From: Octopus sinensis
Lineage: Eukaryota
Length of the DNA: 64,000 nt
Direction of reading: 5' to 3'
Assembly (NCBI RefSeq): GCF_006345805.1
Contig: NC_043019.1
Span: forward strand, 11,841,360 to 11,905,359
The first letter of the stretch is position 1, and the number at the start of each line of letters is the position of its first letter. The position numbers and the translations under genes were made by a program. Positions 12,396-24,879 of the stretch are shown here, piece by piece. A model generated the notes under the pieces. It saw only the letters and a list, made by a program, of their open reading frames with translations, was not told where the DNA came from and searched no databases.

Positions 12396-12628
12396 TGGAG
12401 ATTAGGAAGTTAATAATTGTTTATTGTTAACAGTAAATTGGCCATCTTCACCTACAGCCGTTTCAATCATTACTCAATAAACATTAAATTTATATTAATG
12501 TAAATTTACATTAATATAGATTTAATGTTTATTGAATTTTAATTGAAACGGCTGCAAGTGAAGATGACCAATTTGCTGTTAATAATAAACAATTAATTAT
12601 TAACTTCCTAATCTTCATTTTCTTTTCT
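12395..12628. repeat. ~230-bp imperfect palindrome (fold-back)
   Basis: AAGAAAATGGAGATTAGGAAGTTAATAAT... is mirrored by ...ATTATTAACTTCCTAATCTTCATTTTCTT. Centre about 12503. Confidence 0.85.
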
Positions 12629-12984
12629 TCTTTTAAATGAATATAAACTACATGTTTTTATATATACCTATTATTCTAAGGAAATTCGTTCCCCCCAAAA
12701 TATTAGGTATTGGACCAGTATTTGCGTGGATGAAACCATCCCTTCATGAGGTTTAAACATCCTCTAATTAAATACGAGTGGCAAAAATCGACAGCGACAT
12801 GCTGGCGCGTTGCAAGAGAAGGCAACTTTCTATTTATAACGTGACCTTCCAGGGGTCTAATAGAGTTAAGTTGTGTCTTACAAGGGCGCAGTGAGCAATG
12901 AGAAAGCAACCGAAAAGTATGGTATATGGTGAATGCATGCAAGCATGTGTGCGAACGTTGAGATAATTTTAGAAATATACAGAA

Positions 12985-13385
12985 CTAGCAGTATCGCCCG
13001 GCGTTGCTCGGGTTTGTAAGGGAAGTAACTATATAAGCATTTTTAGAGAGTTATAGCCAAAAAATAGCAAAAAAAATGCATTAAAAATGGAAAAAAAATG
13101 ATGGTAAATTTTTTTTTAAATCGTTGACTCATCGTAGACATTTTTAGAGAGTTACTTCCCTTATATAATAGCGGAAAAAAATGCATTGAAATGGAAAAAA
13201 ATGATAGTAATTTTTTTTTTTAATTGTAGACTCATCGTAGACGCGCGCTAATACCCAGAAGGGCTCGATATGAATCACGACTATAAGATACCCGGTTTTG
13301 GTTAAACTGCACCGCAAAATGTGGGAGTAGTTAGGAATCTAAATCGTAGGAGACAGACACACAACTTCTCTTTTATATATAAAGA
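12985..13385 (-). mobile_element. Non-autonomous Helitron, family H1
   Basis: TC...hairpin-CTAG termini at an A/T site, with an internal ~110-bp tandem duplication. Confidence 0.85.
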
Positions 13386-13494
13386 TATACGTGAAAAATA
13401 TGTCCTGAAAGATTAAAAATTAAGTGATATACAAAACTAAGCAAAAAGAAAGGAAAGTGAACAAATACATGAAAAAGAAGGCAACAGAAATAGT

Positions 13495-13660
13495 TAAGTT
13501 AAGTTAAGTTAATTTTTTGGCTCAAAAAGCAAGGCCATGTAGGGGGACATGGAGTTATGTACAGGGAGGGTGTTCATGCAAAGAGCTCAGGCCATTTCTG
13601 GTCAAGAGAGATTTTGAACCGAGCGGTCATCAAATGCCAAACTAGGCGCAAGCTAAGGAA
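13495..13660 (-). mobile_element. CR1/L2-type LINE 3' end with (TTAAC)n tail
   Basis: Homologous to 22560-22775. Confidence 0.6.
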
Positions 13661-14045
13661 AAGTTCCAGTCTATGTGCTTCTCGCAATCATATAAAGTAA
13701 ATATAACACATGAAAAATCCTTGACGAATCCATAAAAATTTCCGGATCACTACCAAAATTTCATCATCTGTTTCTTGTGTCATTACCAACATTTCCTGCG
13801 AGTTTCATCAAATACTGTTCACAACTCTTTAGTTCAAGTCATGCAAGTTTTTAGGAAGTCCACAGAAATTAGATCCAACGATGCGAAAAAACGGTAAGTT
13901 ATGTATATACATGATATGTATATAGCGCACACATACTGAAAGTAAAACCAGTAGTGCAAGGCATTGTCAAAGTACATGCAGGAAAATTCTGATGAAAAAG
14001 TTTAGTAAGCCGAGAAATTAAGTCTCGCAGCTTCATATAAGAAGA

Positions 14046-14400
14046 CTAGAAAAGCACTCGGAGAGCGCAGACCTCCGCCAAGCAACTCATTTCCACCCAT
14101 ATACACGCATGCTGAAAATCGCCCAATTTCACAAACCAACGCCGGCAAAAACATAATCTCCTCCCATACTTATCTCGATCATCGTCGTCATCAACACTGT
14201 CTCTGCTTTCACCACAATCACCGTCAAAACTACGATCACCACAATCAGTTTCTTTACACAGTTGAAAATCCATTCTCCGATACTCATGGGGCCGAGATTG
14301 TTGCAGATTTTTGATTTTTCTAATTTCAGAGTGCTTTATTAAAAAAAAATCTACAAAATGGAATAGTTTGAGGATAGAAACCAGGTCTAAACACAATAGG
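14046..14400 (-). mobile_element. Putative Helitron-type element, family H2 (3' end clear, 5' end uncertain)
   Basis: The minus strand ends with the hairpin CGGAG-N9-CTCCG then TGCTTTTCTAG|T. The motif CGCAGACCTCCGCCAAGC recurs at about 15022. Confidence 0.5.
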
Positions 14401-14534
14401 TTATAGACATATTCTGAATGTAGTTCTATATAAATCTTTGATTAATTTTTTTTCATGTACTTAAGACCATCAGAAATGTTAAGATATCAGCCTCTACCCA
14501 AGTTGTCATGCTTTAATTAAAAGGTTACAGCATA

Positions 14535-15011
14535 GATTAGATTACTTAGATAAATTTCGGCCGAAGTTGACTCAGGCCATGTCTAATTTAATAGCACCAC
14601 CTGGAAGAGATACACAGTCAGCTCTGGGGAACCGTAGCCCATTCAAGCAGAGGGTTATTGTTTTCAGAGATATATCAGGGTGTGGGTGGTTTATCTGGTA
14701 TTTGTTGGGAGTAATCATCTAGGGATCGTTTGAATGCCGTGAAGTCACTTTTCTCCTTTATGTGTGTCTGGCACGATGTTGAAGAGAGCAGGGCCATTTG
14801 AGGTGAAATAGTTCTGTCATAGTGTTTTGATACGACATGAACATTTCTATAGTGGATGGATGGCAGGGGGCAAAGCCTCGGACGAATTTTAAAGATGGGC
14901 AATGTTGATGGAATATTTCCCACATCATACAGATGACATAGAGCCCACAGCGGCGGTGGAGGAAGCAAAGCCTGAGCTTTTTGAGTTGATCCCAATAGTC
15001 AAGGCTTGTCA
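14535..15011 (-). mobile_element. CR1-group LINE, degenerate 3' fragment
   Basis: The peptides LDYWDQLKKLRL and FTAFKRSLDDYSQQIPDKP match the C-terminus of the ORF at 46717-49107. Confidence 0.8.
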
Positions 15012-15059
15012 TGTCATCCCCCGCAGACCTCCGCCAAGCGGCTCATTTTAAGATAGATA

Positions 15060-16142
15060 CGCGAGTAAAATTACTAATAGAGAAACGAAAATAAACTTTG
15101 GAAACAGCAACGCCACCATAGGTAATACTAATTGTTTGGGAGATGTAAAGGGGCCTATACTGGAACATTACCTGAAAAGGGGTTGACAGACACCAGTGAA
15201 ATGCTGGCCAACAAACTGAATCCAACAATGGATGCGAGACCTGGACACTAAAGAAAGCTGACCAGAAGAGAATTAATGCATTCGAGTTTTGGTGTTGGAG
15301 AATACTTTTACGGATTCCATGGACAGCGAGGTTCACCAATGGAGAAGTTCTTAAGCAGATCAGGCCGAAAATGTCGCTAGAAGCTAGGATCACCAAGCAT
15401 AGATTGGCATATTTTGGTCATATTATGCGGAGAAAATCCCTGGAGAAGGACATCATGCTCGGAATGGACAGTGGCAAGAGAGGAAGAGGCCGATCAAGAA
15501 CCCGTTGGCTTGGCACCATCAAGAGTGATACCGGAATGAACATGGCCAATCTGAAAGAAGCGGCCCAGGATAGAACTGACTGGAGGACACTGATCCATCG
15601 AGTAACCGAGAGTCGACTTCGACTGAGCGGATAGATAGATAGATAGATAAGGTCGTTTGATTGTGTTTTTCATCTCATTATCGATGTATCGTAGCCATAA
15701 GCGGTTATCCATCAAGACTTCGACTGAGCGGATAGATAGATAGATAGATTGTCAAAGGAAGAGTTATTGTTGCACGATAATGCGCACCCGCATGCGGCTG
15801 CCCACGTCGTTGAAACCATTGGAAAATTGGACTTCAGCTCACTGGAACACCCTGCTTACAGTCCAGATCTCGCTCCTTCCGACTGTCACCTCTTTGGACC
15901 GCTCAGATATGCTTTAGAGGTCCTCGATTCGCTGTGACCGATGAAGAGCAGGAAGCGGTGCATAAATGGTTATGCAACCAGCCAAAAACTCTCCGATGGA
16001 CTAAGCAGGCTTGTGGATTGCGGGGAGAAATGCATCGCAAAGCAAGGAGACTATGTCGAAAAATGATGTAATCGTTGAAACCCTGCTTTTGTTTTAATAA
16101 ATTAAAGATAGAAGAGAGCTTATAACTTTTGACTAACCCTCG
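15060..16142 (+). mobile_element. Mariner transposon remnant (3' half), interrupted by an RTE insertion
   Basis: DVKGPILEHYLKRG before the insert. LLHDNAHPH...LEHPAYSPDLAPSDCHLFGPL after it. Ends ...TTTTGACTAACCCTCG followed by TA. Confidence 0.88.
15230..15749 (+). mobile_element. RTE-clade LINE, 5'-truncated, with doubled (GATA)n tail
   Basis: Open frame GCETWTLKKADQKRINAFEFWCWRILLRIPWTAR...RLAYFGHIMRR...GKRGRGRSRTRW...DRTDWR, stop at 15634. Confidence 0.9.
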
Positions 16143-16143
16143 T

Positions 16144-16359
16144 ACGTAAATACATACATACATACATACATGCATACGTACATAGATACGTACATACGTA
16201 CGTACATACATACATACATACATACGTACATGCATACATACATATGTACATGCATACATACATACGTACATGCATACATACATACGTACATGCATACATA
16301 CGTACATGCATACATACGTACATACATACATACATACATGCATGCATGCATGCATGCAT

Positions 16360-16444
<85 letters not shown>

Positions 16445-16497
16445 TACATACATACATACATACATACATACATACATACATACATACATACATACGT
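16144..16497. repeat. Compound microsatellite TACA/TGCA/CGCA/CA/TACA
   Basis: Direct reading. Confidence 0.95.
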
Positions 16498-16765
16498 TTC
16501 GAACATCAGAGCCTGTAAAAAAAAATGATAAAATTTTTTAAAAGATTTCTTTCTTCACTGATCAGCAACTGGTTAACATTAGTGGATCTGCAGCTGCAGT
16601 AGACTTTTTTTCTGGAATATAAACATAATTCAATCGCATTGGAAACACATAAATACATTTTGTTTATATTTGAAGGGCTCTGTTATTTTACTTTCTGCAA
16701 AGTTAAAATACAGCAGTCTTGGTTTCAATTTGTTAACGGTCAAAATATATTTCCAAACACAAAGA

Positions 16766-16873
<108 letters not shown>

Positions 16874-16989
16874 TATATATATACATATATATATAGAGAG
16901 AGAGAGAGATATATTCTTTGTGTTTGAAATTACATCATATGTTTTGCATACGTATCTCAAAATACATCATAGCTTTTATTTTTGTATTA

Positions 16990-17152
16990 GGCGCAGGAGT
17001 GGCTGTGTGGTAAGTAGCTTGCTTACCAACCACATGGTTCCGGGTTCATTCCCGCTGCGTGGTACCTTGGGCAAGTGTCTTCTACTATAGCCTCGGGCCG
17101 ACCAAAGCCTTGTGAGTGGATTTGGTAGACGGAAACTGGAAGAAGCCCGTCG

Positions 17153-17186
<34 letters not shown>

Positions 17187-17398
17187 TATGTTTGTGTGTC
17201 TGTTTGTCCCTCCACCATTGCTTGACAACCGATGGTGGTGTGTTTACGTCCCGTAACTTAGCGGTTCAGCAAAAAAGACTGATAGAATAAGTACTAGGCT
17301 TACAAAGAATAAGTCCTGGGGTCGATTTACTCGACTAGAAGGCGGTGCTCTAGCATGGCCGCAGTCAAATGACTGAAACAAGTAAAAGAGTAAAGAGA

Positions 17399-17466
<68 letters not shown>

Positions 17467-17700
17467 GTATGTATGTATGTATGTATATGTTTGTGTGTCT
17501 GTTTGTCCCTCCACCATTGCTTGACAACCGATGGTGGTGTGTTTACGTCCCGTAACTTAGCGGTTCAGCAAAAAAGACTGATAGAATAAGTACTAGGCTT
17601 ACAAAGAATAAGTCCTGGGGTCGATTTACTCGACTAGAAGGCGGTGCTCTAGCATGGCCGCAGTCAAATGACTGAAACAAGTAAAAGAGTAAAGAGAGTA
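16990..17700 (+). mobile_element. SINE family A with tandem duplication of its 3' half
   Basis: Full copy 16990-17400. The 3' ~220 bp is repeated with a 299-bp period. Confidence 0.92.
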
Positions 17701-18404
17701 TATATATATATATATATGTGAGTTTGGAGGGATATATTGCCCGGGTGGATACCGTATTAGCTCTCAGTTAAGTTACAGCGAACCCCAACGTCCGGTATCT
17801 AACGTCTGTGATTACATTTAGCTGTTAGTCAGGGTCTTTTCGGAAGATCCGGACAGGATTTAAAATGATGATTACGACATATATGGCTGTGAGTTGGCAG
17901 AATTGTTAATCTACAGAGCAAAACGCTGAGTGAAATTTCTTTCGTCTTCTTGTCCTGAGTTCAAACTCGGCAAATGGTTGATGTAATCGACTTCCCCCTC
18001 CCCTCAAATTGAAATTTTAGTGTTCCTTGTTGAGTTTCCATATCGTAAGTTAAGGTGTGTAGGGTAACATGAATTCAAGAGTCTAGAGACACAGCATAGT
18101 ACTGACGTCATTAATAAACCAGTGACCTTATAGATGACAGGTCGCTCACCCCGCCTCTGTGACATCAGCCAGTTGTAAGAAGCATAAGGTAATTAGAAAT
18201 AATTAATCAAATGAGTCCGGAGTTGTCAACCTATTTCAGTGTGGTAAAGTGGTAGGTGTGGAAGTTCTGTTTTACTGAAGATATCAAATATCAGCATCTG
18301 TCTGTCTGTCTATCTCTACATTTTTTTTAGGAAGTTGCTATGTCCAGTCAGAGAGTGACCATTGGTTTCGCACCTAAAGTGCTTAGCTTCATAGGTGCAA
18401 AATA

Positions 18405-18545
18405 TAAGGTTGTCCCAAAAGTTCGTAGAAAGTCTTGGAAAATAATGGTCTTTATTTTGAGGAATAATTTTTATTGTTTTTGTTAGTACTTGGCGAGTAA
18501 AAATTCAATTTTCGCAAGTGTTTACGAACTTTTGGGACAATCTAA
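18405..18545. mobile_element. Tc1/mariner-type MITE, 141 bp
   Basis: TIRs TAAGGTTGTCCCAAAAGTTCGTA / TACGAACTTTTGGGACAATCTAA, flanked by TA on both sides. Confidence 0.8.
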
Positions 18546-18704
18546 TATGTATGTATGTATTTCTGTGCGAGTGCGCGCTCTGAAGTATCTAGCAGGGTCC
18601 ACGGATTAATCATATAATTTTAAATGCTTGTAACTTCTTTATTATTTTCTTGAAAAAAAAAAAATGAATGCGATTTTCGTCTTCAGTATATAAAAGTACA
18701 TCAA

Positions 18705-18992
18705 GGTACTATTTAAGAAGAGTGGTTCCTGTGCGCGCACTCGCTCATCCGCGCTAGCTAGTCGTGACTAGTCGATCCTACAACTACCTAGCAAAGTAAA
18801 TAAAACAAAAAATGTAATTTTTTTACACAAAGTAAATAATTTTTTTAAAACAAAGTAAATAAAACACAAAAACACAAAGTAAATATTTTTTTAACAAAGT
18901 AAATAAAACACAAAAACACAAAGTAAGGATCGACTTGTCACGACTAGCTAGCGCGAGTGCGCGCACCGGGACCACTCTTCTTAAATAGTACC
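18705..18992. mobile_element. Mutator-like (MULE) MITE, 288 bp, 9-bp TSD
   Basis: ~70-bp TIRs beginning GGTACTATTTAAGAAGAGTGG. TSD GTACATCAA at 18696-18704 and 18993-19001. Internal CAAAGTAAAT tandem repeats. Confidence 0.88.
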
Positions 18993-20139
18993 GTACATCA
19001 ATATAGAAAATTTGGAAACAATCAGGTAAAAGTCTGAAATTTTTCATGCGGTTGGGAGAAGCTCAAACGAAGCCTCGGCCGCTTCAACAAACTTCCACAT
19101 AGCTTTCGTCTAGCAAATTTCATTCACAGGGTTTTGATTGACTCCAGAAAGTTGTAGAAAACATATTTGATGGAGTCGATTGAGTAAACTTACGACCAAA
19201 ACTGTTCTATGTTTTTAAGTCCAGTTAAAGTTTATCTGGAACTTCAAAATCCGTTTTTTAAAGATATTTGGGTGTAATTTGAGGGGAATTATTTGGGCAA
19301 CCTTTCATTCTATGTATATGAAATGTCAAATAAAGTTGAAGGAAAACAACTGTCAAATTATGACATGGTAAACCAGATCTTCATTTCATGAAAAGATCGT
19401 CCTTAGGTTTAGGGAAAATGACACCAGATAAATTTATGTAAGTTATAAAGAGATCGTCTCGAGTTCTATGGCATGACGCCATATTTACTTTTGATGACAC
19501 GCTATGTTCCTTGGACATTTTAGTCCTTACGTACTGTAAAATGATGTCTACAAAATAAAGACTGTGGTTTATCATGAAAGGGTTCTTTTGATGGTTTCTT
19601 CTAGTTCGTTGCCTGTCGTTATATACTCATAAAGCAAAAGATCGCTGCTATTCCTTGCAGGTATATCGGCCTGTTACGTAGGCACCTAACCATGACAGTT
19701 GTTCTTCTTTCGCCTTATCTGACTTTCCATATACATAAAACGAAAGGTCGCCGAAATAGCAGCCTAATTTTCCTTCAAACTACACCCAGACATCTCATTG
19801 CTTGAAAAAGTTAACTGATTGTGTTAGGTAGGCAGAAGAAAACAGCTAAAAAGTTAATAAAACCATATTTACAGCCACGTTAAGCAATTTTACAGTCATT
19901 AACTGCGCTTTGCAGCTGAGAATTTGGAGCTTAAGTTCTTTGAGTTTCTCTCAACAACAAAATAACGTTAGAAATATACTTCGGTATTCCAACACTGTGG
20001 TATGTTACTACGTGTTGGTGTAATTGGTAATTTGGTAAAAGCTGTCAAGTAAATAACAAACAAAATGCAAATTAGTAGGCCTTCATATTAACTGTGAATC
20101 ATTTCCTGTATGCGTGTTTTACATACACACATAAATTTA

Positions 20140-20290
20140 CAGTTTCTCTCTACCAAATTCACTCACAAGGCATTGGTCGGTCGGAGCTTATAGTAGAAGA
20201 CACTTGCCCAAGGTAGTGCTGTACAGTGGGACTGAACATGAAACGATGTGGTTGCTATGTGAGCTTCTTAATCACACAGCCGTGCCTCTA
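20140..20290 (-). mobile_element. SINE family A, 5' fragment
   Basis: Match to the SINE A 5' half. Confidence 0.7.
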
Positions 20291-20636
20291 ACTAAAGTAA
20301 TAATTCGTAGTTTTGTACAAAGACATTTCACAGCGCTAGTGGTAAAATACGAACCACCAATCTTTCGGTTGATAGCTTGACATCCTTTCAACACGGCCAC
20401 CTAACGTACGTTGCTCTATTAATAACAGGGAATCTTGGGAAGCCCCTTTTTCCATGTGTGTGTGTGTGTGTGTGTGCTCAGGTATCATTCGTTCGGGACA
20501 AATATGAAACAGCTGTTAGAAATCTGGATTCTGTCCAAGACAGAACAAAGCCAGTTAGTCCCCCCACCCATTAATTCGAGCGCACACCGCACACACAGTA
20601 ACAGACATAGACACACACACACTCACATATATATAC

Positions 20637-20701
<65 letters not shown>

Positions 20702-21272
20702 CACACACATATATACACACACACAGGCACATTCATACACTCACAGATACACACATTTCATTCCTGTTCTAAAGATGTCTACATAAAAAGGGATACATCA
20801 ACTGGAGCCCGTTGGATAGAGGCCAGGTTTTTGGTTAATATCATGGGAGCAGGGATATTGGAGCAAAGACGTCGTATTTTGGTGAAGAGAGATGAGAGGA
20901 TATGGCAGATGATAACTACATATATATAGAATGTGTGTGTGTGTGCATATATTTATAAAAGTGTGTGTGTACACACACACACGAGAAGCAATCCGAAGAT
21001 TAAAGAAAAGAAAAAACTTCCAAAAAATACGAAGGGAAATGTAAAAAAAAAAAAAAAATGGAAGGGAGTTAATGAAAGCAAAAGAAAATCTTTTGTGGAA
21101 ATCTTGATTGGAGGAAATTAGGAAGAATTTAGATGAAAGTGAGAAAAATGCTGAAAATATTGGCAAGAGATTGCCATAAGAAAACTGTAAAATAAGAAAG
21201 AAATCGAAATCAGGGATACAGAAATATCCAACTTGATCCGGAACAAATATTTCCAAGAACTTCCTTCGTATT

Positions 21273-21665
21273 ACTCTTTTACTTGTTTCAGTCATTTGAC
21301 TGCGGCCATGCTGGAGCACCGCCTTTAATCGAGCAACTCGACCCCGGGACTTATTCTTTTTGTAAGCCCAGTACTTATTCTATCGGTCTCTTTTGCCGAA
21401 CCGCTAAGTAACGGGGACAGAAACACACCAGCATTGGTTGTCAAGCAATGCTAGGGGGACAAACACAGACATGCAAACATATACACACACATACATATAT
21501 ACGACAGGCTTCTTACAGGTTCCGTCTACCAAATCCACTCAGAAGGCATTGGTCGGCCCGGGGCTATAGCAGAAGACACTTGCCCAAGATGCCACGCAGT
21601 GGGACTGAACCCGGAACCATGTGGTTGGTAAGCAAGCTACTTACCACACAGCCACTCCTGCGCCT
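21273..21665 (-). mobile_element. SINE family A, full length
   Basis: Reverse-complement match. A divergent head-to-head 5' half follows at about 21755-21925 (+). Confidence 0.9.
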
Positions 21666-21930
21666 ATATTACACCAGTTTTATTGGTATTTTTTTCCCCA
21701 AGGATTTTCCCATTTCACATATACAGTGTGGCTTTGTTTCAATTTTTTTTCCACAGGCGCAAGTGTGGCTGTGTGAGCGAGGAGCTTGCTTCCCAACCAT
21801 ATATGGTCTCAGATTTTATCCCACTGCTTGACAGCTTGGGCAAATGTCTTCTACTATAGCCGCCCTAGGTCAACCAAAGTCACGTGAGTGGATTTGGTAG
21901 ATCGAAACTGAAAGAAGCCCATCGTGCATA

Positions 21931-22400
21931 TCATCATCATCATCATCATCGTTTAACGTCCGCTTTCCATGCTAGCATGGGTTAACGATTTGACTGAGGA
22001 CTGGCGAACCAGATGGCTGCACCAGGCTCCAATCTGGTCTGGCAGAGTTTCTACAGCTGGATGCCCTTCCTAATGCCAACCACTCTGAGAGTGTAGTGGG
22101 TGCTTTTAACGTACCACCGGCACGAGGGCCAGTCCGGGGCGGTACTGGCAATGGCCACGCTCGAAAATGAGGTATTTTACGTGCCACCTGCACAGGAGTC
22201 AGTCCAGCAGCACTGGCAATGACCTCGCTCGAATGTTTTGTTCACGTGCCACCGGCACAAGTGCCAGTGAGGCGACGCTGACAACAATCACGCTCAAATG
22301 GTGCTCTTTACGTGCCAGACAGCTGCTCTGGCAGTGATCCCACTTGGATGGAGCCGTTAGCGCTCCACTTGAATGGGTACAGGACCATAGTACGTACATA
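21931..22400 (-). mobile_element. SINE-like family D with RTE-type (GAT)n tail
   Basis: The sense strand has internal subrepeats, TTGGCATTAGGAAGGGCATCCAGCTGTAGAAAC and the end CCCATGCTAGCATGGAAAGCGGACGTTAAACGATGATGATG. Further copies at about 23560, 26806, 28470, 32650, 38450, 39230, 55720, 58030 and 59840. Confidence 0.75.
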
Positions 22401-22559
22401 TGCACAATGATCCTGAAAGAGTAGAAAATTGGAGTATTTCCAATGCAGTACTTGATGCGATGATGATAATGGAACTTCCATACCAGGGACCCACTGCCGG
22501 ATCCAGTTTTAGGTAACGCACACAGCTACTTCAGAACTAAATGCATCACCTAAAATACT

Positions 22560-22775
22560 TGGCTCCACAACAACAGACTTTAACATCTACAAGAGAACAT
22601 CGAATATAACCTATTTAGTGAAGATGCCGACGACCGCTCGGTTCAAAGTCTCCCTTGACCACAAGTGGCCTGAACTCTTTACATGAACACCACCCTGTAC
22701 ATAACTCCATGTCCCCTTACATGGCCTTGCTTTTTGTTTTTTGGGCCAAAAAATTAACTAACTAACTAACTAATT
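22560..22775 (+). mobile_element. CR1/L2-type LINE 3' end with (TAAC)n tail
   Basis: Reads VKMPTTARFKVSLDHKWPELFT* (CR1-like FKxxLD terminus), then a short 3' UTR. Second copy at 13495-13660. Confidence 0.6.
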
Positions 22776-23559
22776 TCTTTACTACCCACAGGGGGCAAAA
22801 CACAGAGGGGACAAAGAAGGACAGACAAATGGATTAAGTCAATTACATCGACTCCAGTGCATAACTGGTACTTAATTTGCCTTTCATCCTTTCAGTTTTA
22901 TGCCACAACAAGCTATGACCCCTACAGTCCTTGCCATTACATAAAAAAACTACCTTCAAATACTCAGACGTATATGATATCTTAAAACAGAAGTAGACTC
23001 CAAGGAGCTCCAAGGTGCCATGAAAAAATTTCTAGGGCTTCACAAGATAAGAGGTCCATTAATGAAGTGATAAAAGTAAATGTTATTACCATTTTCAAAA
23101 TAGTATGTTACATTTTTCACACACACACACTCACACACATACAATCTTTAGTATATTTTAGTCATTTCAGGTTATCGCCTGCTCTATCTTCTAATCTCTC
23201 TTCACCAAATTCAACATTGCCGATATCTTCACTCTGATTGTATCAACTAATTTCCTTGGCCACTATCCAAAGGGGTTTAGTTTTATTAAAACTAGAGCAG
23301 CAAAGGGCTATCTGTAAAATGTAGGAATGGGTTCTAAAAGCACTATTTCTTTCACTCAGTCCAGGAAGTCCTAAGGAACACATCATAAATAGCTGTAACA
23401 TACATAGTTTCAATCACCATAATATTGACCATATGGAGCCAGATTAAAGCCAACTTTTACCATAAACAGAGCCAAATAACAGTGTACATGTGTTGGATGT
23501 AAAAAATTTCAATATTCTGTTTAGCCATTCTTTAGGCAAGAGCCCTACAATTATATTAA

Positions 23560-23860
23560 TCATCATCATCATTATCATCGTTCAACGTCCGCTTTCCATG
23601 CTAGCATGGGTTGGACGATTTGACTGAGGGCTGGCAAACCAGATGGCTGCACCAGACTCCAATCTTGATCTGGCAAAGTTTCTATAGCTGGATGCCCTTC
23701 CTAATGCCAACCACTCTGAGAGTGTAGTGGGTGCTTTTACATGCTACCGGCATGAGGACCAGTCAGGTGGTACTGGCAATGGCCATGCTCAAATAGTGAT
23801 TTTTATGTGCCACCTGCACAGGAGCCAGTCTAGCAGCACTGGCAACGACCTCGCTCAAAT
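23560..23860 (-). mobile_element. SINE-like family D
   Basis: Match to 21931-22400. Confidence 0.75.
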
Positions 23861-24094
23861 TTAAATCAGCATGGCTGTGTTGAAAGAAGTTTAACCTTTA
23901 GTTTTTAATCAGTGTGGCCGTGTGGTACGAAGTTTGCTTCTTTTTATTTTTAAGCCTGGCACTGCTGTCGGTCTCTTTTGCTGAACTATTAGGTTATGAG
24001 GATGTAAACACACCAACACAGGTTATCAAGCAGTGGTGAGAAGTACAAACACAGACACAAAGATATACACACATATATATATATATATATGTAT

Positions 24095-24380
24095 GGAGGC
24101 ACAATGGCCCAGCGGACTCGTGGTCGGAGGATCACGGCTTTGATTCCCAGGCCGGGCGTTGTGTGTGTTTATTGAGCAAAAACACCTAAAAGCTCCACGA
24201 GGCTCTGGCAGGGAGTGGTGTGACCCCTGTTGTACTCTTTCACTCCAACTTTCTCTCTTTCTTCCTGTTTCTTGAGTAACGCTGTGATGGACTTGCGTCC
24301 CGTCCAGCTGGGGAGAACACATATGCCACAGAAACTGGGAAACCAGGCCCATGAGCCTGGCTAGGCTTGAGAAAGGCGAC
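24095..24380 (+). mobile_element. SINE family C (3' module X)
   Basis: Same head and body as 3734, with a short deletion in the head. Same 3' module as 375-650. Confidence 0.8.
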
Positions 24381-24403
24381 GTTTATCGTTATATATATGT
24401 ATA

Positions 24404-24780
24404 CTAGCAGCTAAGCCCGGTTTCACCCGGTCTGTTTGGATGATCTGGCTGTGATTGTTTTCGGTTAGGCATAATCTATAACAACATTTCTCAACTTTAT
24501 CATTTCGGGTCTCCTGTTGTGATTAGAGTCTCCAGGAGTACAAAAATTTCCTGCCTCTTCGCCCCCCACCAACTACCAAGTGTCAGAAAACAGCTTCAGG
24601 AGTTGTGAAGAACGAATTTGTACGTAGTCTGTTTCTGAGAGCTATTCTATTGGACCTCTGTCTAATCATTAAAACATTGATTTATGAAAATAGAAAGAAA
24701 TTATACATTAATCCCTATTTTTGTAAGCAGTTGTATCCATAAAACTTTTATTTGCAGAGAGCAGAAATTGAAAGAAGATA
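24404..24780 (-). mobile_element. Putative Helitron-type element, family H3 (far boundary uncertain)
   Basis: A|CTAGCAGCTAAGCCCGGTTTCACCCGG reads as hairpin plus CTAG on the minus strand. Confidence 0.45.
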
Positions 24781-24879
24781 TATAAAATGGATGTGTGTGT
24801 GTGTGTATGTGTGGAGAGGGTGCATTATTATCGGCCCTTAGTTAAGTGTTTTTACCATCTTCCATTTTTTATCATTTAT

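Noticed and set aside
13985-14000. Isolated CTGATGA/CTGAAGA heptamers (10545, 13989, 18276, 18681, 51323, and several in LINE coding sequence)
   Set aside because: They lack the downstream stem II-GAAA-stem III arrangement and are expected by chance.
20760-21270. A-rich, weakly coding-looking stretches flanking a microsatellite
   Set aside because: There are multiple stops and no recognisable motif. It may be decayed TE sequence but cannot be supported.
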